From assembly GCF_009914755.1 (NCBI RefSeq), contig NC_060926.1: a stretch of DNA of 64,000 nucleotides. The stretch is one strand, 5' to 3'. The notes below the pieces were generated by a model, which was given only the letters and a program-made list of their open reading frames with translations, was not told the origin of the DNA and made no database searches. The number at the start of each line of letters is the position of its first letter. Positions within the stretch are counted from its first letter, which is position 1. Made by a program: the position numbers and the translations under genes. This document shows, piece by piece, positions 26,782 through 48,356 of this stretch. This DNA is from the human T2T-CHM13v2.0 reference genome, Homo sapiens.

Positions 26782-29064
26782 TCTTACAACTCTGTAAAAC
26801 AACCCAATTTAAAATCTTACTCAAGGTTACGCAGGAACTCAAGAATTCTCACCCAGGTGATCCACTTTCTTTGAATAACAGTTGTCTTTCCTTCTCTTTC
26901 TGGAGCTCTGATACTGTAGTTTTGTGCTCTTGTATTATAGAGGCAGTTGCTTTATTAAATAGTTTTTAATATCTGTTTCTTTTTTATCTTGAATACCTTT
27001 TAATATTTGCAGCGCTTATTCTATTTTGATCACCCATCTTTGAAGCAGATAAGTTATTCACAGGTTGGCTATTTTAAGGAGGTTCTCTTGGGGATTGGCT
27101 GGTCATAGACTCATTGAAATGTAAAGTTCATGCCATGACTCGAGCTTGGTATGTGGGTTTGGATGTGACTTGCTTGAGATTTCTTCTTTGGTCTATCACC
27201 TCTGCTCTTCTAAGCCAAACTGGGCCCACACTTGGACCCTGCTACCCAGGTCTCTTCCCATCCTTGCTCTTACAAGCAAGGGACTGAAGTTTTGCACCTC
27301 ACTGTGCCCTTCACCTTTGATAAGTGTTCTTAGGGCTTCTGCTGAAGTTGGCCCCGTGGCATAGTGCTTGTGCCCCCACTACAGATGCCCAACCCCTTGC
27401 TCTGTCCCTATTGCTAGTGGTGCTTCTCCCCACAGTTTTGTGATGCAGGATTTGAGAGTTCCTACTTTTGCTGAAAATAGAGTTTCTTATTTACCTTTTT
27501 GATTTTGAACGAGTCCAGCAAATGACTAAGGAGATGACAGCTGGCACTGCCGTCTTCAGGACAGGAGTCACGAGGCATCTTCTGGATTATCATACCCCAG
27601 TGTCTGCTACAGCCCCTCTCCTAGGTTCCTCGTAGACACATTTGTGATTCCTAAATTTGGATTTTCTTTCATCATTTTTATCTCTAGAAGAATGCATCTG
27701 TTTATTTTTCCACACCACTGATTCCAATTCAAGTCTTGTCCATCTGTTGTTTGGGCCTCCTGTTGAGGTTCGGTTTCTGGAGTCATCTTTGTAATATCCC
27801 CTTTTCATTATTTAGTTGGATTCTTTTTCCAGTCTCCTCTCATTTTATGAATACCTTTACCTCTAACACTGACCTTTTTGGGGATCTTATTTTTTTCTTT
27901 AATTTTAATTTTTTCCCATTTTTATTAATTTTTATACAAAGGCAATAGTTGTACATAGGATCTTATTTTTTTAGATTATGTTTTCTTTGGTATACCATGT
28001 TTACTCATTCTTCGGTGACTAATTTCTCTGCTTTTCAGGTAGGTCTCTGTAGTTCAAGAGTTTGGTTTAAATGTCTAACCATTCTTAGTGTCTGTGTATT
28101 TTTGCAAATGAGGTTCAGGTTGATCAATAATGGTCTTATTGGCCTTTTTTAAAGGCTGCTATTTGATTTCCCAGGCAGGCTTCCCTTCTGAAAATGACAG
28201 CCACCTGGCCACAGGGCTGTGGGAGTGAGCTGCGTCCTGACCATAGTGAGTGGGTGGGGACGCTGACAGACACGTTTCCTTTTTGTGAGTTTTCACAAGT
28301 ACGCACAAGTAAGGACAGGCAAGCTGCTGGAACTCTTTTGGTTGATGAAGAAGAAAGAAAGGAATTGCTTAAGAGCTTGCTTTGAGAGATCTTACTGCTG
28401 AACTAAGCTACTCTTCTGTTTTGCTTTTTCTCAGATGCTAAGTAAAAGACAGTAAAGAAGAAAATAATTATATGTTTTGTGCCCAACTCCTAAAACAAGC
28501 CAGTTAGTAGCAGGTTGCTTCTTTGGCTTCTGGTGTTTGGCATACACTGTCTGCAAATGTGCTGGGAAGATGGGGTTGTAGTGAAGCGGGGCCTCCTTCA
28601 CCTTGGGGTGTGTCCTTCTTGATGTGCCCTTGCCCAGGTGGAAGACTTTAATAGACATAAAGCAGTAATGGGCGAGTGTTCTACATCACCTGCTTTTGTG
28701 CTCAGATGGCAATCCCCTCCACATTTCCACTGGTGTCTCTGTGAGGAAGCTCATCGCAGGTTTTGTATTCTCGGGCCCACCTTCCCCCACTTCTGAGAGC
28801 ACTAGAAGGCACAATTTTCTCTCCTGATGAATTTGGGAATTCAAGTAGGCAGCTAGCAGAATAGACGCCAAGTGAACCTCCATTTAATGACTCTTCTTCC
28901 AGTTTTCAACCTCATCTGGTCGTGCAGAGCTTCTGCTACCACTACATTGCAGTAGTTAGGAGGACCACTGTGGATTTGGCTTTTTTTCTCCCCACTCTTG
29001 GGGAAGAACCCTTTTTCCCAAGCTCAAGATGTTAAAGCTGTACAGTCGTTTTCCAGAGAATACC

Positions 29065-29620
29065 ATTGAATCGTTCAAGGGCCAGTCAGGAGACAGAAAC
29101 TGTACCAGTAATTTGAACAGGGAAATTTAATAGAAATAATGATTAACCAGCAACAGAGGATTAACTACTAAGACGGGAGGGAGATGCTAAAGAATATAGG
29201 ACCAGGAGATATGGTGAGCAGCTGCCACACCAGGGCTGAGGGAAGGAATATCCAAAGAAGCAGCAAAGTTGAAAGAGGCCTTCTCTCGCAAGGCTGAGGT
29301 GCAGACCCATTGGCATTGGATGGTGAAGTTCACTAAGGTGCCATAGGAACCGGCTGGCAGGGAGGAAACTGCCCACCAGTGGGACCGGAATGCCAGTGAA
29401 ACTCATAGGATGGTGTGAGCCGCTGGCTCTCCTGCACACAGCTAGCAAGAAAGCCAAAAGCCCAGAAATGGGGAGAGAAGGCCCTTCTTGTTGTATCTCC
29501 CCAGAGCCCTCTACTGGCAAAGCCAGCTTGTGTAAAAGGAATGTCTACAGGGTGCTACTCCAGTGTCACAAAGCAGGGTAAAGAAGGGTGGGTTTGGAAT
29601 GGAAAGGCAATAAATAAGTA
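29065..29620 (-). mobile_element. ERVL-class LTR remnant
   Basis: ccagtcaggagacagaaactgtaccagtaatttgaacagggaaatttaata terminal motif; subfamily uncertain. Confidence 0.5.
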
Positions 29621-29880
29621 ATTGAGTCACCAGTATTAACAGGTTCAAATTGGGGGATTTCATGTTGTACTGTTTCCTTGAGTAGTTTAAGAGAAACGAT
29701 TGTAGAAGAGCTAGGGTATGAATGAATCCATTGATACATAAGCTCAGTTTTTGCCCACATCTCATGGTAGAGATGATTTATCTGCCAGTTGGTCTCTTCA
29801 GTCTAGAAAGATGAAGTGCCTGGGGATTCATTTGTCCCTCTATGATACAGAACCCTTCCCTTAGAAGCAGAAGTAGCAGT

Positions 29881-30540
<660 letters not shown>

Positions 30541-31457
30541 TCCTTATGGTTCTTAGTGCAATTTGGAGTAGAAGTTTGGTGTACAGTATTTTAGGAATAT
30601 GTGAGAACCCAAGATTTGAAAATGTGCCAAAATGAGAGTGAAATGCCTATCAAAAATGTTGGTGACCTTTCAAAGAATGTAGCTACAGTTTCCTTTTGAG
30701 CGCTCAAGATTATTTTCATTGTACAGTATAATATTATAAAAGGAAATTTGGGATTGATCTAATTAGGCAATAAAAATCTTAAGTAATGAAACTTACAGTA
30801 CAGATATGAATTATATAATAGGAGGGGCCATCTAGATAGATAGAGGAGTTATAATTTGGCAAATGAACTGTAAATGAGCACATGAAACAAGTTAAAGGAC
30901 AAAAGCTGTTTCAAGAAGAATTTTCCCACAGAGCTTAAGACAAAGAATAAAGAAGTACTTTGTTAGCCAGGCCTTTGTCGCCCATTTTCATCTAGACACA
31001 ACCTTTAATAGTTTTGTAAATGTAAGTTTTTAACAATATTGTTTATACCTAAGCCTGGAAAAGGACCTTAACACCATGACCAACTAGAAAACTGGAAACA
31101 CTGAACAAAAAGTTTTGCTTTTTAACTTGTATTTTTTATACTATGTTCTTAATACTGTTTCTCCTCCAGCCTAGTATTGAAACAGTTCTGATTTGAGTCA
31201 ATGTTGAGTTCAGCAGGAAGCACAGTGTGATGGCGGGGTTTTCTTCCATTCTGAGCATCTGGATGATGCCAGTGCTCTAACTGGCTGTGAGGCCCTTCCG
31301 ACCTAGTGCAGGGAGAATCTTGTTTCATCTGATCATTTGGTACTTTGGGAACATGCAGTGATTATTGTAGTCCACCTGATAGTGAATTTCTGTATTTTTA
31401 GGACCAGAAGGTATGTTTTAAGTCGAGAAGATTTGAAAGGATAAAAGTGGACATGTG

Positions 31458-31756
31458 GGCCAGGTGCTTTGGCTCACGCCTGTAATCCCAGCACTTTGGG
31501 AGGCCGAGGCAGGCTGATCACGAGGTCAGGAGATTGAGACCATCCTGGCTAACACGGTGAAACCCCATCTCTACTAAAAATACAAAAAAATAGCTGGGCG
31601 TGATGGCGGGCACCTGTAGTCCCAGCTACTCAGGAGGCTGAGGCAGGAGAATGGCATGAATCCAGGAGGCGGAGCTTGTAGTGAGCCGAGATCGCGCCAC
31701 TGCACTCCAGCCTGGGTGACAGTGCGAGACTCCATCTCAAAAAAAAAAAAAAAAAA
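31458..31756 (+). mobile_element. AluY
   Basis: AluY diagnostics; TSD gacatgtg. Confidence 0.95.
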
Positions 31757-33256
31757 GACATGTGACTGATACAAGTGACACTGAAAATAGAACTGATTAT
31801 GACACTTTATGACCTACTGTCCAGGTCGTAAGGCATCTATACAAATTATGGAGAGTGAACCTGTGGAAAATTACTTTGGCAAGAATTCTTGAAAAAAGTT
31901 TGGTTTCTTTAAAGTACATTATGGAAAATATTTTGATTTTTAAAATATGTTTTACATGTTGGCAGGAAAAAGAAATTATTGGATGCTGTGTTGAGTAACA
32001 TGCACCCATCATGGAATCAAAGGGCTCTCCCTCTCATCTGTGGTCTTACTTTTTGTAGACCTTATTAAGAAGCTGTTTTGCACGCTTGAGGACCTGTCCC
32101 GAATGAACCCTACTCCCTACTCAGGAGGGGCATGAGCCCTCGCTGTGTGTGATGTTTTCTGGTGATGCTCACACTGTTCTGTGTGGGCAGACAGCGAGCA
32201 GCAGTATTGGACTTGGAGAGGCCGTGTGCCAGGCATGGTGCTCAGCGGCTTTCCTGTGCTACCTTATTACACTCCCATAAAACCCATTCAGGGTAAGAGT
32301 TGTGTTGTTCTTCAATTGAGGAAGCCGAGCCTAAGCATACCCACCAAGTGGAAACCAGGATTCCTACTCCAAAGCCTCTGCCCTTAGGACGGTGTGAGGA
32401 AACCTGTTCCTTGTGATCAACTCAGGAGCCACAAAGGGCCTGGAGAATATCTGCTCCTCTTCTACTTAGAGCAGAGGATGACTGACCCTTGGCTTAATGG
32501 CTGTTGGTACTGTTTTAGAGATGATTATACAATATACCAAAAAGTTCAAAGAGCTAAAAATATATCTCTATACCTTATTTTATATTTATCATTTTGACCA
32601 TCAATTCTTCCTTACATTTAGCTATTCAAATTAAATCTGTTTTTTCTATTTTGGTCTTCTTTAGGTTTGAAAAATAACAGGTCAGCCTCTTCCCAGATTT
32701 CTTGACATCCTTGGAAACCATGCATTTATGCCATTGCAGAGAAGCTCAAGAATGGCCCAGATCCCTGTGGTCACCTGGCTGGTTTGCAGAGCCTTTCTTT
32801 GTGGCCTGCATTGTACCTCACACACTGCCTGCTACTTCTGGTCATGTTGAATTGCCCACCTTTTAATAACTTATGTCAGGTTGGACTTCAGTATTTATGG
32901 TCATAACAGAAATGTTTCTTCCAGTTATGAAGTGATTTGTTTTTTCATTAATAGACATCTGAGTGCCTACTATGTGGGGGGAAAAAAGGGCTCTCCTGAC
33001 AGTTGTTTTTTTGTTGTTGTTGTTTGTTTGTTTGTTTGTTTTCCAATAATTTCAGTTGAAGTATCAGGAACTACCTGGGATTCTGTCCTCAGGGATAATT
33101 CTTTCTGTTGAAAGTCTCCAAGAGTGTGGTGATCTAATTATTGATCAAAGTTCATAATATGGTTTCTGCCCTCCTGAAACATATGGCCTACAAATTATCT
33201 ATTTTTATGTTTAGTACTTTAAAAATGATATATTAAAAAATTAAACTAGAGTGATG

Positions 33257-34575
<1,319 letters not shown>

Positions 34576-35042
34576 TAAACTAGATTGATGTGTGTTTTGG
34601 TGTAGTCCCCTTAGAAAATTTGTTCTCATGAAGTATAAAGTTTTGTTCTCTGAATAACTTAATTTGCATACAGTGATCTATGTTAAGTGATCAAACTTCA
34701 TAGTGTAGACACTGTACCAAACTTGTCTTTTTTTGGGTAATTTCTGTGATATGTATTCTGTTCTGCGTGACCATTTTAAAAGAGACCTTGGTAAGCTGAA
34801 CTGTGTCCAGAAGAGATTGATCAGGTGAGGATTTAGGGAGGTAGAGGTTGGAGAGACATTTAGACGAAAGGCTAGGAATTATTTTCAAGCAGAACTGTCC
34901 AGCGGTAGAATCAGCTGCTTCATTGAGTTGTAGGTTCTTGGTGTATCAAGCAGAGGCGAAGTTCACAGCTCAGAGACTTTTGTAGAGAGGATTATTATAA
35001 AATGTGAAAGATCAATTTTCATGAACTCCAAAGGTTTTTTAA

Positions 35043-35352
<310 letters not shown>

Positions 35353-35359
35353 CTTTTTT

Positions 35360-37145
<1,786 letters not shown>

Positions 37146-38739
37146 GTACTGAAGGTTAAACACACATACATATGTTTGTTTGTGTGTATATATACAAATA
37201 CCCATATAACTGTGAATTTTTGTGCCCGTATTTACAAACCCTGTCCTGGGTGTTGGACATTGCTGGTTAACAGGTGCCTTGTGAATGTGCTTGCACCTGC
37301 GTGGTTAGTGTCTATCGCCTTCATTAGTGTAGTCAGGCAGGGCTCCTGGAGCACACTCTGGCTGCACTACTCTAGGCAGTGCAGGGGCTCAGGTAGGACG
37401 GGGAACCCTGACCTCCCCATTGACTCACAGGGGCAGCCAGGTAGTTGAAAAAGAGGGGACAGCTGAGAGAATTTCATATTCTCTGTGCCACCTGAAGTGC
37501 ACACTCAAGCTCCCACAACAGCCGTCAGAATCAGGAGCAGTGGTGGACAGTCCGGGAATCTGGCCGTGTGTGGTGCCTCTCCTGTGAGCCAGAGCTGGAG
37601 CTACTAGGATGGAGAAGGTGCAGTCCTTGCCCTTTAAACTTGCCATCTGGTAGGAGGAACACACCCAAACAAATAAACGGGTCACAGTCAGCAGCAATGC
37701 CAAAGGGCAGTTCTAGAGTCGAGTACCAACTGGTGTGTAATTAGGTAGAATTGACTGGATGAAGAGAGACCACAAATGAGCTGACTTTTTATCAGATTCT
37801 CAAAGCATTCACTGGAGACTGATAGAAGGGAAGTGAGAGAGAATTCTTCTCTAAGGGAATAGCCTGGGCATGTCATTATCCCTGCACTCAGGTGAAGCCA
37901 GGTAGTGTGAGGCTGTATCAGGGTGAGGGACTTGGTTGTATGTAGCCTCCCCACCCCAAGTACTGACTCAGGGAGAGTCATGAGGAGGACTGTCCTGGTG
38001 ATCCTGGATGGAAGTGTGGACAGACAGTATGGCTTTGAAAGAACTTCATAGGGTTGTTTGGGCCCACAGTGAGTTAGTGCAGCATACTCCACGGTTCATA
38101 ATTTCTGACTAGTTAACAGTCTCAGAAACCCTGGTCTGGCTGCATTCTCCCCATCCTGATGGACCACATGTGGAGCGCTGGCATGCCTCCTCCCAGATGC
38201 CCACAGGCATCAGAGTAAGTTCTTACTGGAGAAGGCCCTAAGAGATTATGTCAGAGCAAGTTCAACACAGATTTGCCCTTTTGTTCTTTAGAAATTGTAT
38301 GTACAATGTCAGGTCACTTCGTAGCTCACCTTTCCATTTTAAAGAGGCGTTCCTTGTACTTTCATTCCGTATGCTGCTTTGTTACAATGGATTTGCAAGG
38401 TTTTATTTCTTACACAGTGAGAATCTGGTGACTAAACCTCAAGGGCCATAATGTCCTTTGGAACAATGAGATTTGCCTCCCCCAGTTTGCACATATTGTT
38501 TATTAATTGTGAAGATGATATATGCCTATTGGTTAAAAATTGAGATGTTATAGAAGTGAAGAAGTAAGAATGCTCTTGCCCCACCTCCACCTCTGCTTAG
38601 TTCTTTAATGATGGTTACTTTTAAAGATTTAGTGAACAGCTTTCCAAACTTATTTTTATTACATATAAATGTATCCATGGGGCATATGTGTTTTTAATAA
38701 AATGGAATCGTTTTATACATTGTATAGAAATGGAGGCCT

Positions 38740-40735
<1,996 letters not shown>

Positions 40736-41052
40736 GTAAATATCGAAATTATTTGATAAAATATTTACCAAAACTAGAAATGGTTTCTATAGCCTAAAGT
40801 TACAAAGAAATAGGACTGAAAACACACTAAATGTAAAATGGAAGGAATTTTTTAGCTTTATTTATTTTGTTGCCAGTTTCTGAGCACAAATGCTTCAGAC
40901 TTTTTTTTTTATATATAGTTTATAAATCTTAGTTATACACTGGAAGACAAAGTGATTTTATGTGTGGGAAAGTAGTTTTATGCACAGTTTTCATAAACCC
41001 TTGCTGTTTAGTCTTTCAATCCTTGTTATTTTTCCCATCTCTCTCTGCACAG

Positions 41053-41157
41053 CCTAAATGCGATGGCCAGGTATTACTGACACAAGTGTGGAAGCGTTTA
41101 AACCTGGTAGAATGTGACTACTTCGGGATGGAGTTTCAAAATACTCAGTCCTACTGG
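41053..41157 (+). CDS. FARP2: FARP2 exon 3 (105 nt, FERM-N lobe)
   Basis: cacag|CCT..., encodes PKCDGQVLLTQVWKRLNLVECDYFGMEFQNTQSYW, donor TGG|gtaagt; phase 0-0. Confidence 0.97.
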
Positions 41158-42023
41158 GTAAGTGCTTATGACGTGCCCAGGCGTGGAGCCTTTGGGCCTG
41201 CTGTGATGACAGCCGCAAGATCTTTCATCATTGCCACATCATCAGCATTAAATGTTTTTGCTATTAAAATATATTCTTGTTAGCTGTAGAGAATATGTCT
41301 GCCTTTAATCCAAGCCTGAATTCACACTCTCCCTAAATGTGTTCTGTTTGTTAGCACATGTGCTGAGGAAACTCTCTTAAAAGGTATAAAAGCAACCTCT
41401 AATACATCCTGTATGAAAATCATTTCGAAAGTGGACTTGTAGCAAACTTAACCAGTTATGCCTCATTTTACTTAATAGATGCAACCTTAAAAAGTGTGGA
41501 GTTTTAATATTTATAGATAGAACTGTTTTAAAGAACCATACATCAACCCTTTAGTTCAAAAAGCATGTCAGCGTTATTAAGTTCTGTCCAGCCTTTCAGA
41601 TACCCTTGGCAGTGCGACCAGATTTATCCAAGTCTCCTGTTCTGGTGACATGACGTACCTCTTTTTTGCAGAAGCCCGCTCATCAGTTTGTTCACAAATG
41701 CAGTAGTACCAAATATTTGTTTGGTGTTAACAAATTCCCACAAATAATTATTGGGACCCATTCTGCGCATAGCAGCAACTGAATAGAGGTATCCCAGTAT
41801 CATATAGCAATTTTAACGTCTTCCCATGCTTCCCAAAGCAGGCATTGCTGTCCTTCTTGTACAGTTTGTTTTATCAGGATTCAACCTTTAAGAGGGGGGG
41901 TAGAGTCAAAATTTTCCTGACATAAAAATTTATCTTATTATAACCATTTTTGTTTTTATAGCATACTTGTTAAATAGAGACATTATTTAATAGATTGGAT
42001 TTCTTCTGTTAACTCTTCTTTAG

Positions 42024-42066
42024 ATTTGGCTTGAACCTATGAAACCCATCATTAGGCAAATACGAA
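42024..42066 (+). CDS. FARP2: FARP2 exon 4 (43 nt)
   Basis: ttctttag|ATTTGG..., encodes IWLEPMKPIIRQIR(R), donor GAA|gtaagt; frame continuous with exons 3 and 5. Confidence 0.96.
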
Positions 42067-42467
42067 GTAAGTCCTTGGTTTGACTCTTTAAAATCTGTTT
42101 GTTTAAGATGTGTTGTCCTGGAATGTTTAAAAGGCATGTTCAACTGTTCATTCTCACCACCGTGTATGGTTAGCAAGAAGTAATCACCAATAGCGGACAA
42201 ACTTGGAAGTCATTTTGCTGTTTAGTTTTAGTAATTTTAACTCAGAAGATTCTAGGTGACTTGCTTCACATTCGGAAATAAGAGCATATGCTGTTTGATA
42301 TCGTCTTAATTTTTGGCCAATATGCAAAAATAACTGCAGTTTCTCCCTTGATTATGAAAAGACATTGAGATTCTTCTTTTAAGTAGCTTTTAATAAAATA
42401 GTTGATACTGTTTTACAGTTATAAACATAATTGTAATTGTGAATATAATAATAACAATTATATTATT

Positions 42468-44675
<2,208 letters not shown>

Positions 44676-44760
44676 TGACCTCAGTTATACAGTAATATAT
44701 GAAAAGAGAATAAATGCAAAGATCGGCCTTATTTGTGAAGTTTAAATTTTTTTGTTATAG

Positions 44761-44839
44761 GGCCAAAGAATGTGGTGCTTCGCCTAGCTGTAAAATTTTT
44801 TCCACCTGATCCTGGTCAGCTACAAGAAGAATATACAAG
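44761..44839 (+). CDS. FARP2: FARP2 exon 5 (79 nt)
   Basis: gttatag|GGCCA..., encodes (R)PKNVVLRLAVKFFPPDPGQLQEEYT(R), containing the FERM VKFF-P motif; donor AAG|gtaaag. Confidence 0.96.
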
Positions 44840-45311
44840 GTAAAGAGCTCACAGAGCTGAAGCTGTTGTCAGCAGGAATCTTGTATTCACCTGTTATCTC
44901 CCACAGCACCTGGCTCATTGAAAGAATGAATAAGCCTGATATACACAGAAAAGTGACCATGAGTGTAGAGTGGTTAACAGAAGCATGTTGGCAGTTGACC
45001 CTTGCACAAACACATGTGAATAAGACTTCAGTGTAAGGTTTACAGTACAAATTTGAAAATAAAAAATGGAATGGGATGTTAGGGTCATGTTGAACTTACA
45101 TTTTCCAAATGAACATAGATTTATGCATGTTCATAAGGTTCTCAGGGATTTTGCTCATATATACTTATTTATCAATAAAATATACTTAATTGGTAGAAGT
45201 ACCCAGTGTGTTAGTTCTTATGGATTTATGGAGCAGAAATACTTTGGGTCACTTCTTTTGTGCTACTATTTTGAATTAAAGATCAATTCTTTATAGGAAT
45301 GATCTAAAGAT

Positions 45312-45780
45312 GGCAGGGTGCAATGGCTCACGCCTGTAATCCCAGCATTTTGGGAGGCCAAGGCGGGCAGATCACGAGGTCAGGAGATCGAGACCATCCT
45401 GGCTAACACAGTTTTGAAACCCCGTCTCCACTAAAAATACAAAAAATAAGCCGGGCATGGTGGCGGGCACCTGTAGTCCCAGCTACTCAGGAGGCTGAGG
45501 CAGGAGAGTGGCATGAACCCGAGAGGCGGAGTTTGCAGTGAGTCAAGATCACATCACTGCACTCTAGCCTGGGTGACAGAGCGAGACTCCGTCTCAAAAA
45601 AAAAAAAGAAAAGAAAATTATCCAGGCGTGGTGGCAGGCATCTTTAATCCCAGCTAATTGGGAGGCTGAGGCAGGAGAATCTGTTGAATCCAGGAGGCAG
45701 AGGTTGCAGTGAGCCGAGATTGGCATTTCAGTCCAGCCTGGGCAACAAGAGCGAAACTCTGTCTCAAAAAAAAAAAAAAG
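45312..45780 (+). mobile_element. AluY followed directly by an extra Alu right arm
   Basis: Full AluY to about 45612, then aattatccaggcgtggtggc... right arm with its own A tail. Confidence 0.9.
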
Positions 45781-46242
45781 AAAATATTAACAATTGTTTC
45801 ATCTGGACAGTAAGGTTATGGAAGGTTTTTCTTTGTATTTTTTGTATTTGTTCACATATCAATTATATTATGAAGAATAGAGGAATAACCTAAAAAGCAA
45901 CTGAAAACCCAAAATTAGATATAAAAGAGAACTATGATGTTGTAGTGGTATCAATAACTTTTTTGCCTTCTGGCTAAAAGTGTACTCATAAATGAATCAG
46001 ATGTCTTATGAACTCTCTTTTAAAGGTTTCTGCATATCATTTTAGCAACACAAAATCGTAGAATGTCAGCTGCAAGGAAATGGAGAGACCACATTAGTTC
46101 ACCCTCTTATTTTTAAAGGTTTAGGAAACTCCAAAGATGGCAAAAAGTATTTTTATGAGTGACCATAGATCTTAATAGTGTATTAAATGCCTGACATTTA
46201 CCAAAAAAAAAGTCTCTTTTGAGGGAATCACTTTTAAATAGA

Positions 46243-46261
46243 GATAGATAGATAGATAGAT

Positions 46262-46305
<44 letters not shown>
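46243..46305. repeat. (GATA)n tetranucleotide STR
   Basis: About 15 GATA units with one GAT interruption. Confidence 0.97.
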
Positions 46306-46493
46306 CCTGAAAATGATGGATAACAAAGTGTCCCCTCATTCAGGATCCTGGGTCTCAAGTTCTAGGACTCATGCTGATAACTCAGTATTATAGTTACTCC
46401 CTTCTCCCCCATATTTATGTGGAGGATCTTTTTTCTGTTTATAAAAATGTACATGTTTGTGGTAAAAGAATTTTTTTTCCAAATAAAGCTAAG

Positions 46494-46821
<328 letters not shown>

Positions 46822-47654
46822 TTACTCAGCACCTTATTCTCCGCATAAGTACGTATCTTTCAGATGAAAGCATAGATGTGCAATAAACACATAGATATCA
46901 GAACTTTAAAGAAATTACAAATGTTATAAAACAATATCAAATGATACGTATTGAACTGTAGGTTGATTTTTCCCCCCACTTATTAAGCATGCTGTGGACA
47001 TTTTTCCATATCGTATATAAAAATATACTAAATTAGGCTGTAACATAATTTCATCATTCTCATATTCATCCATATTTCCAATATTTCTCTGTTATAATGC
47101 TGCAGAGAAACATTGTTCACATACCTTTGTGAACTATGGGAATATTAGTCTAGGAAAGTTTGTAGAAATGGAATTGCTGTGTTAAAGGGTATGTACATCC
47201 TGAATTTTAAGAGAATGTGGTAAATTTTAATATTGTGCACTGGGGCATGAATTCCACTAGGGACAGGGGGTTGGTCTTGCTTACCTTTGCATTTCCAGCT
47301 CCCAGAACAGTACCTAGAACGTAATTCACGCTCAGTAATTATTTGCTGATGGAATAAATGAACATATAAATATTTTCAATTGCCTTCTCTCATTACATTC
47401 TCACTAATGGTATTCCAAAGTGCCTGTTTCTCAGATCCTAGCCAAGACCAGATATTATCAATCCGTTAAAAAATTTCACAGCCATGCTTTAAGCTGTGTT
47501 TTCATTGGATATTTCTCCTATTTCATCCAAAACTGTGAGTGCAGTTTTATGTGACTAACAGAAGTAATGTGAATTTGTGACCTTCCTCCTTGAAGGTATG
47601 GCTGCAGATGTGTAATTATATGTGGGTAGATGGTATGCCTGAAAAGGCTAATTT

Positions 47655-47955
47655 CTTTCTTTTTTTTTTTTTTCGAGACAGAGTTTCGCTCTTGTTGCCT
47701 AACATGGAGTGCAGTGGCATGATCTCAGCTCACTGCAACCTCTGCATCCGGGTTCAGGCGATTCTCCTGCCTCAGCCTCCCAAGTAGCTGGGATTACAGG
47801 TGTGCACACCACGCCCAGGTGGTTTTTGCACTTTTTTTAGAGACAGGGTTTCACAGTGTTGGTCAGGCTGGTCTCGAACTCCTGACCTCAGGTGATCCAC
47901 CCGCCCCAGCCTCCCAAAGTGCTGGGATTACAGGCGGGAGCCATCGCCCCTGGCC
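47655..47955 (-). mobile_element. AluS
   Basis: Dimeric Alu; TSD aatttcttt. Confidence 0.95.
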
Positions 47956-48258
47956 AATTTCTTTTTTTTATTGTTCACATCAGAGTGCCTTAGTGTGTTC
48001 AGCACTTCCTTTGCGCTCTCCCATGTGTGTGACTCAGTCTGCTGAGTTGGTTTATCATCTGACCTTCACTTGGTGACTGTTTGTTTCATGAAAGGCCTTT
48101 TGTGACTTTGCTGTTTCGTGACCGCCTTGCGTTTTGCTCACTGTTGGGTCACTGCCACTTCCCAGGGCTCATTTGCTGTCTTGCTGTGGAGACATGTCTA
48201 TGTTACATTCAGAGAACATTTGGAATTGATCTCTGTCTTATTTTGAACTCTCTTCTAG

Positions 48259-48356
48259 ATACTTGTTTGCCTTGCAACTTAAGAGAGACCTGCTGGAAGA
48301 GCGTTTGACCTGTGCTGACACCACAGCGGCCCTTCTCACGTCCCATCTCCTGCAGT
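48259..48356 (+). CDS. FARP2: FARP2 exon 6 (98 nt, FERM central lobe)
   Basis: tcttctag|ATAC..., encodes YLFALQLKRDLLEERLTCADTTAALLTSHLLQ(S); donor AGT|gtgagt. Confidence 0.96.

Larger units (their letters stand above)
24440..26815 (+). mobile_element. Old L1M ORF2 fragment, interrupted by Alus and a MaLR LTR
   Basis: Degenerate ORF2 (aaggttgcaggatacaagat, ggaggactcacacttt, gaatttggacccctac). Confidence 0.85.
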
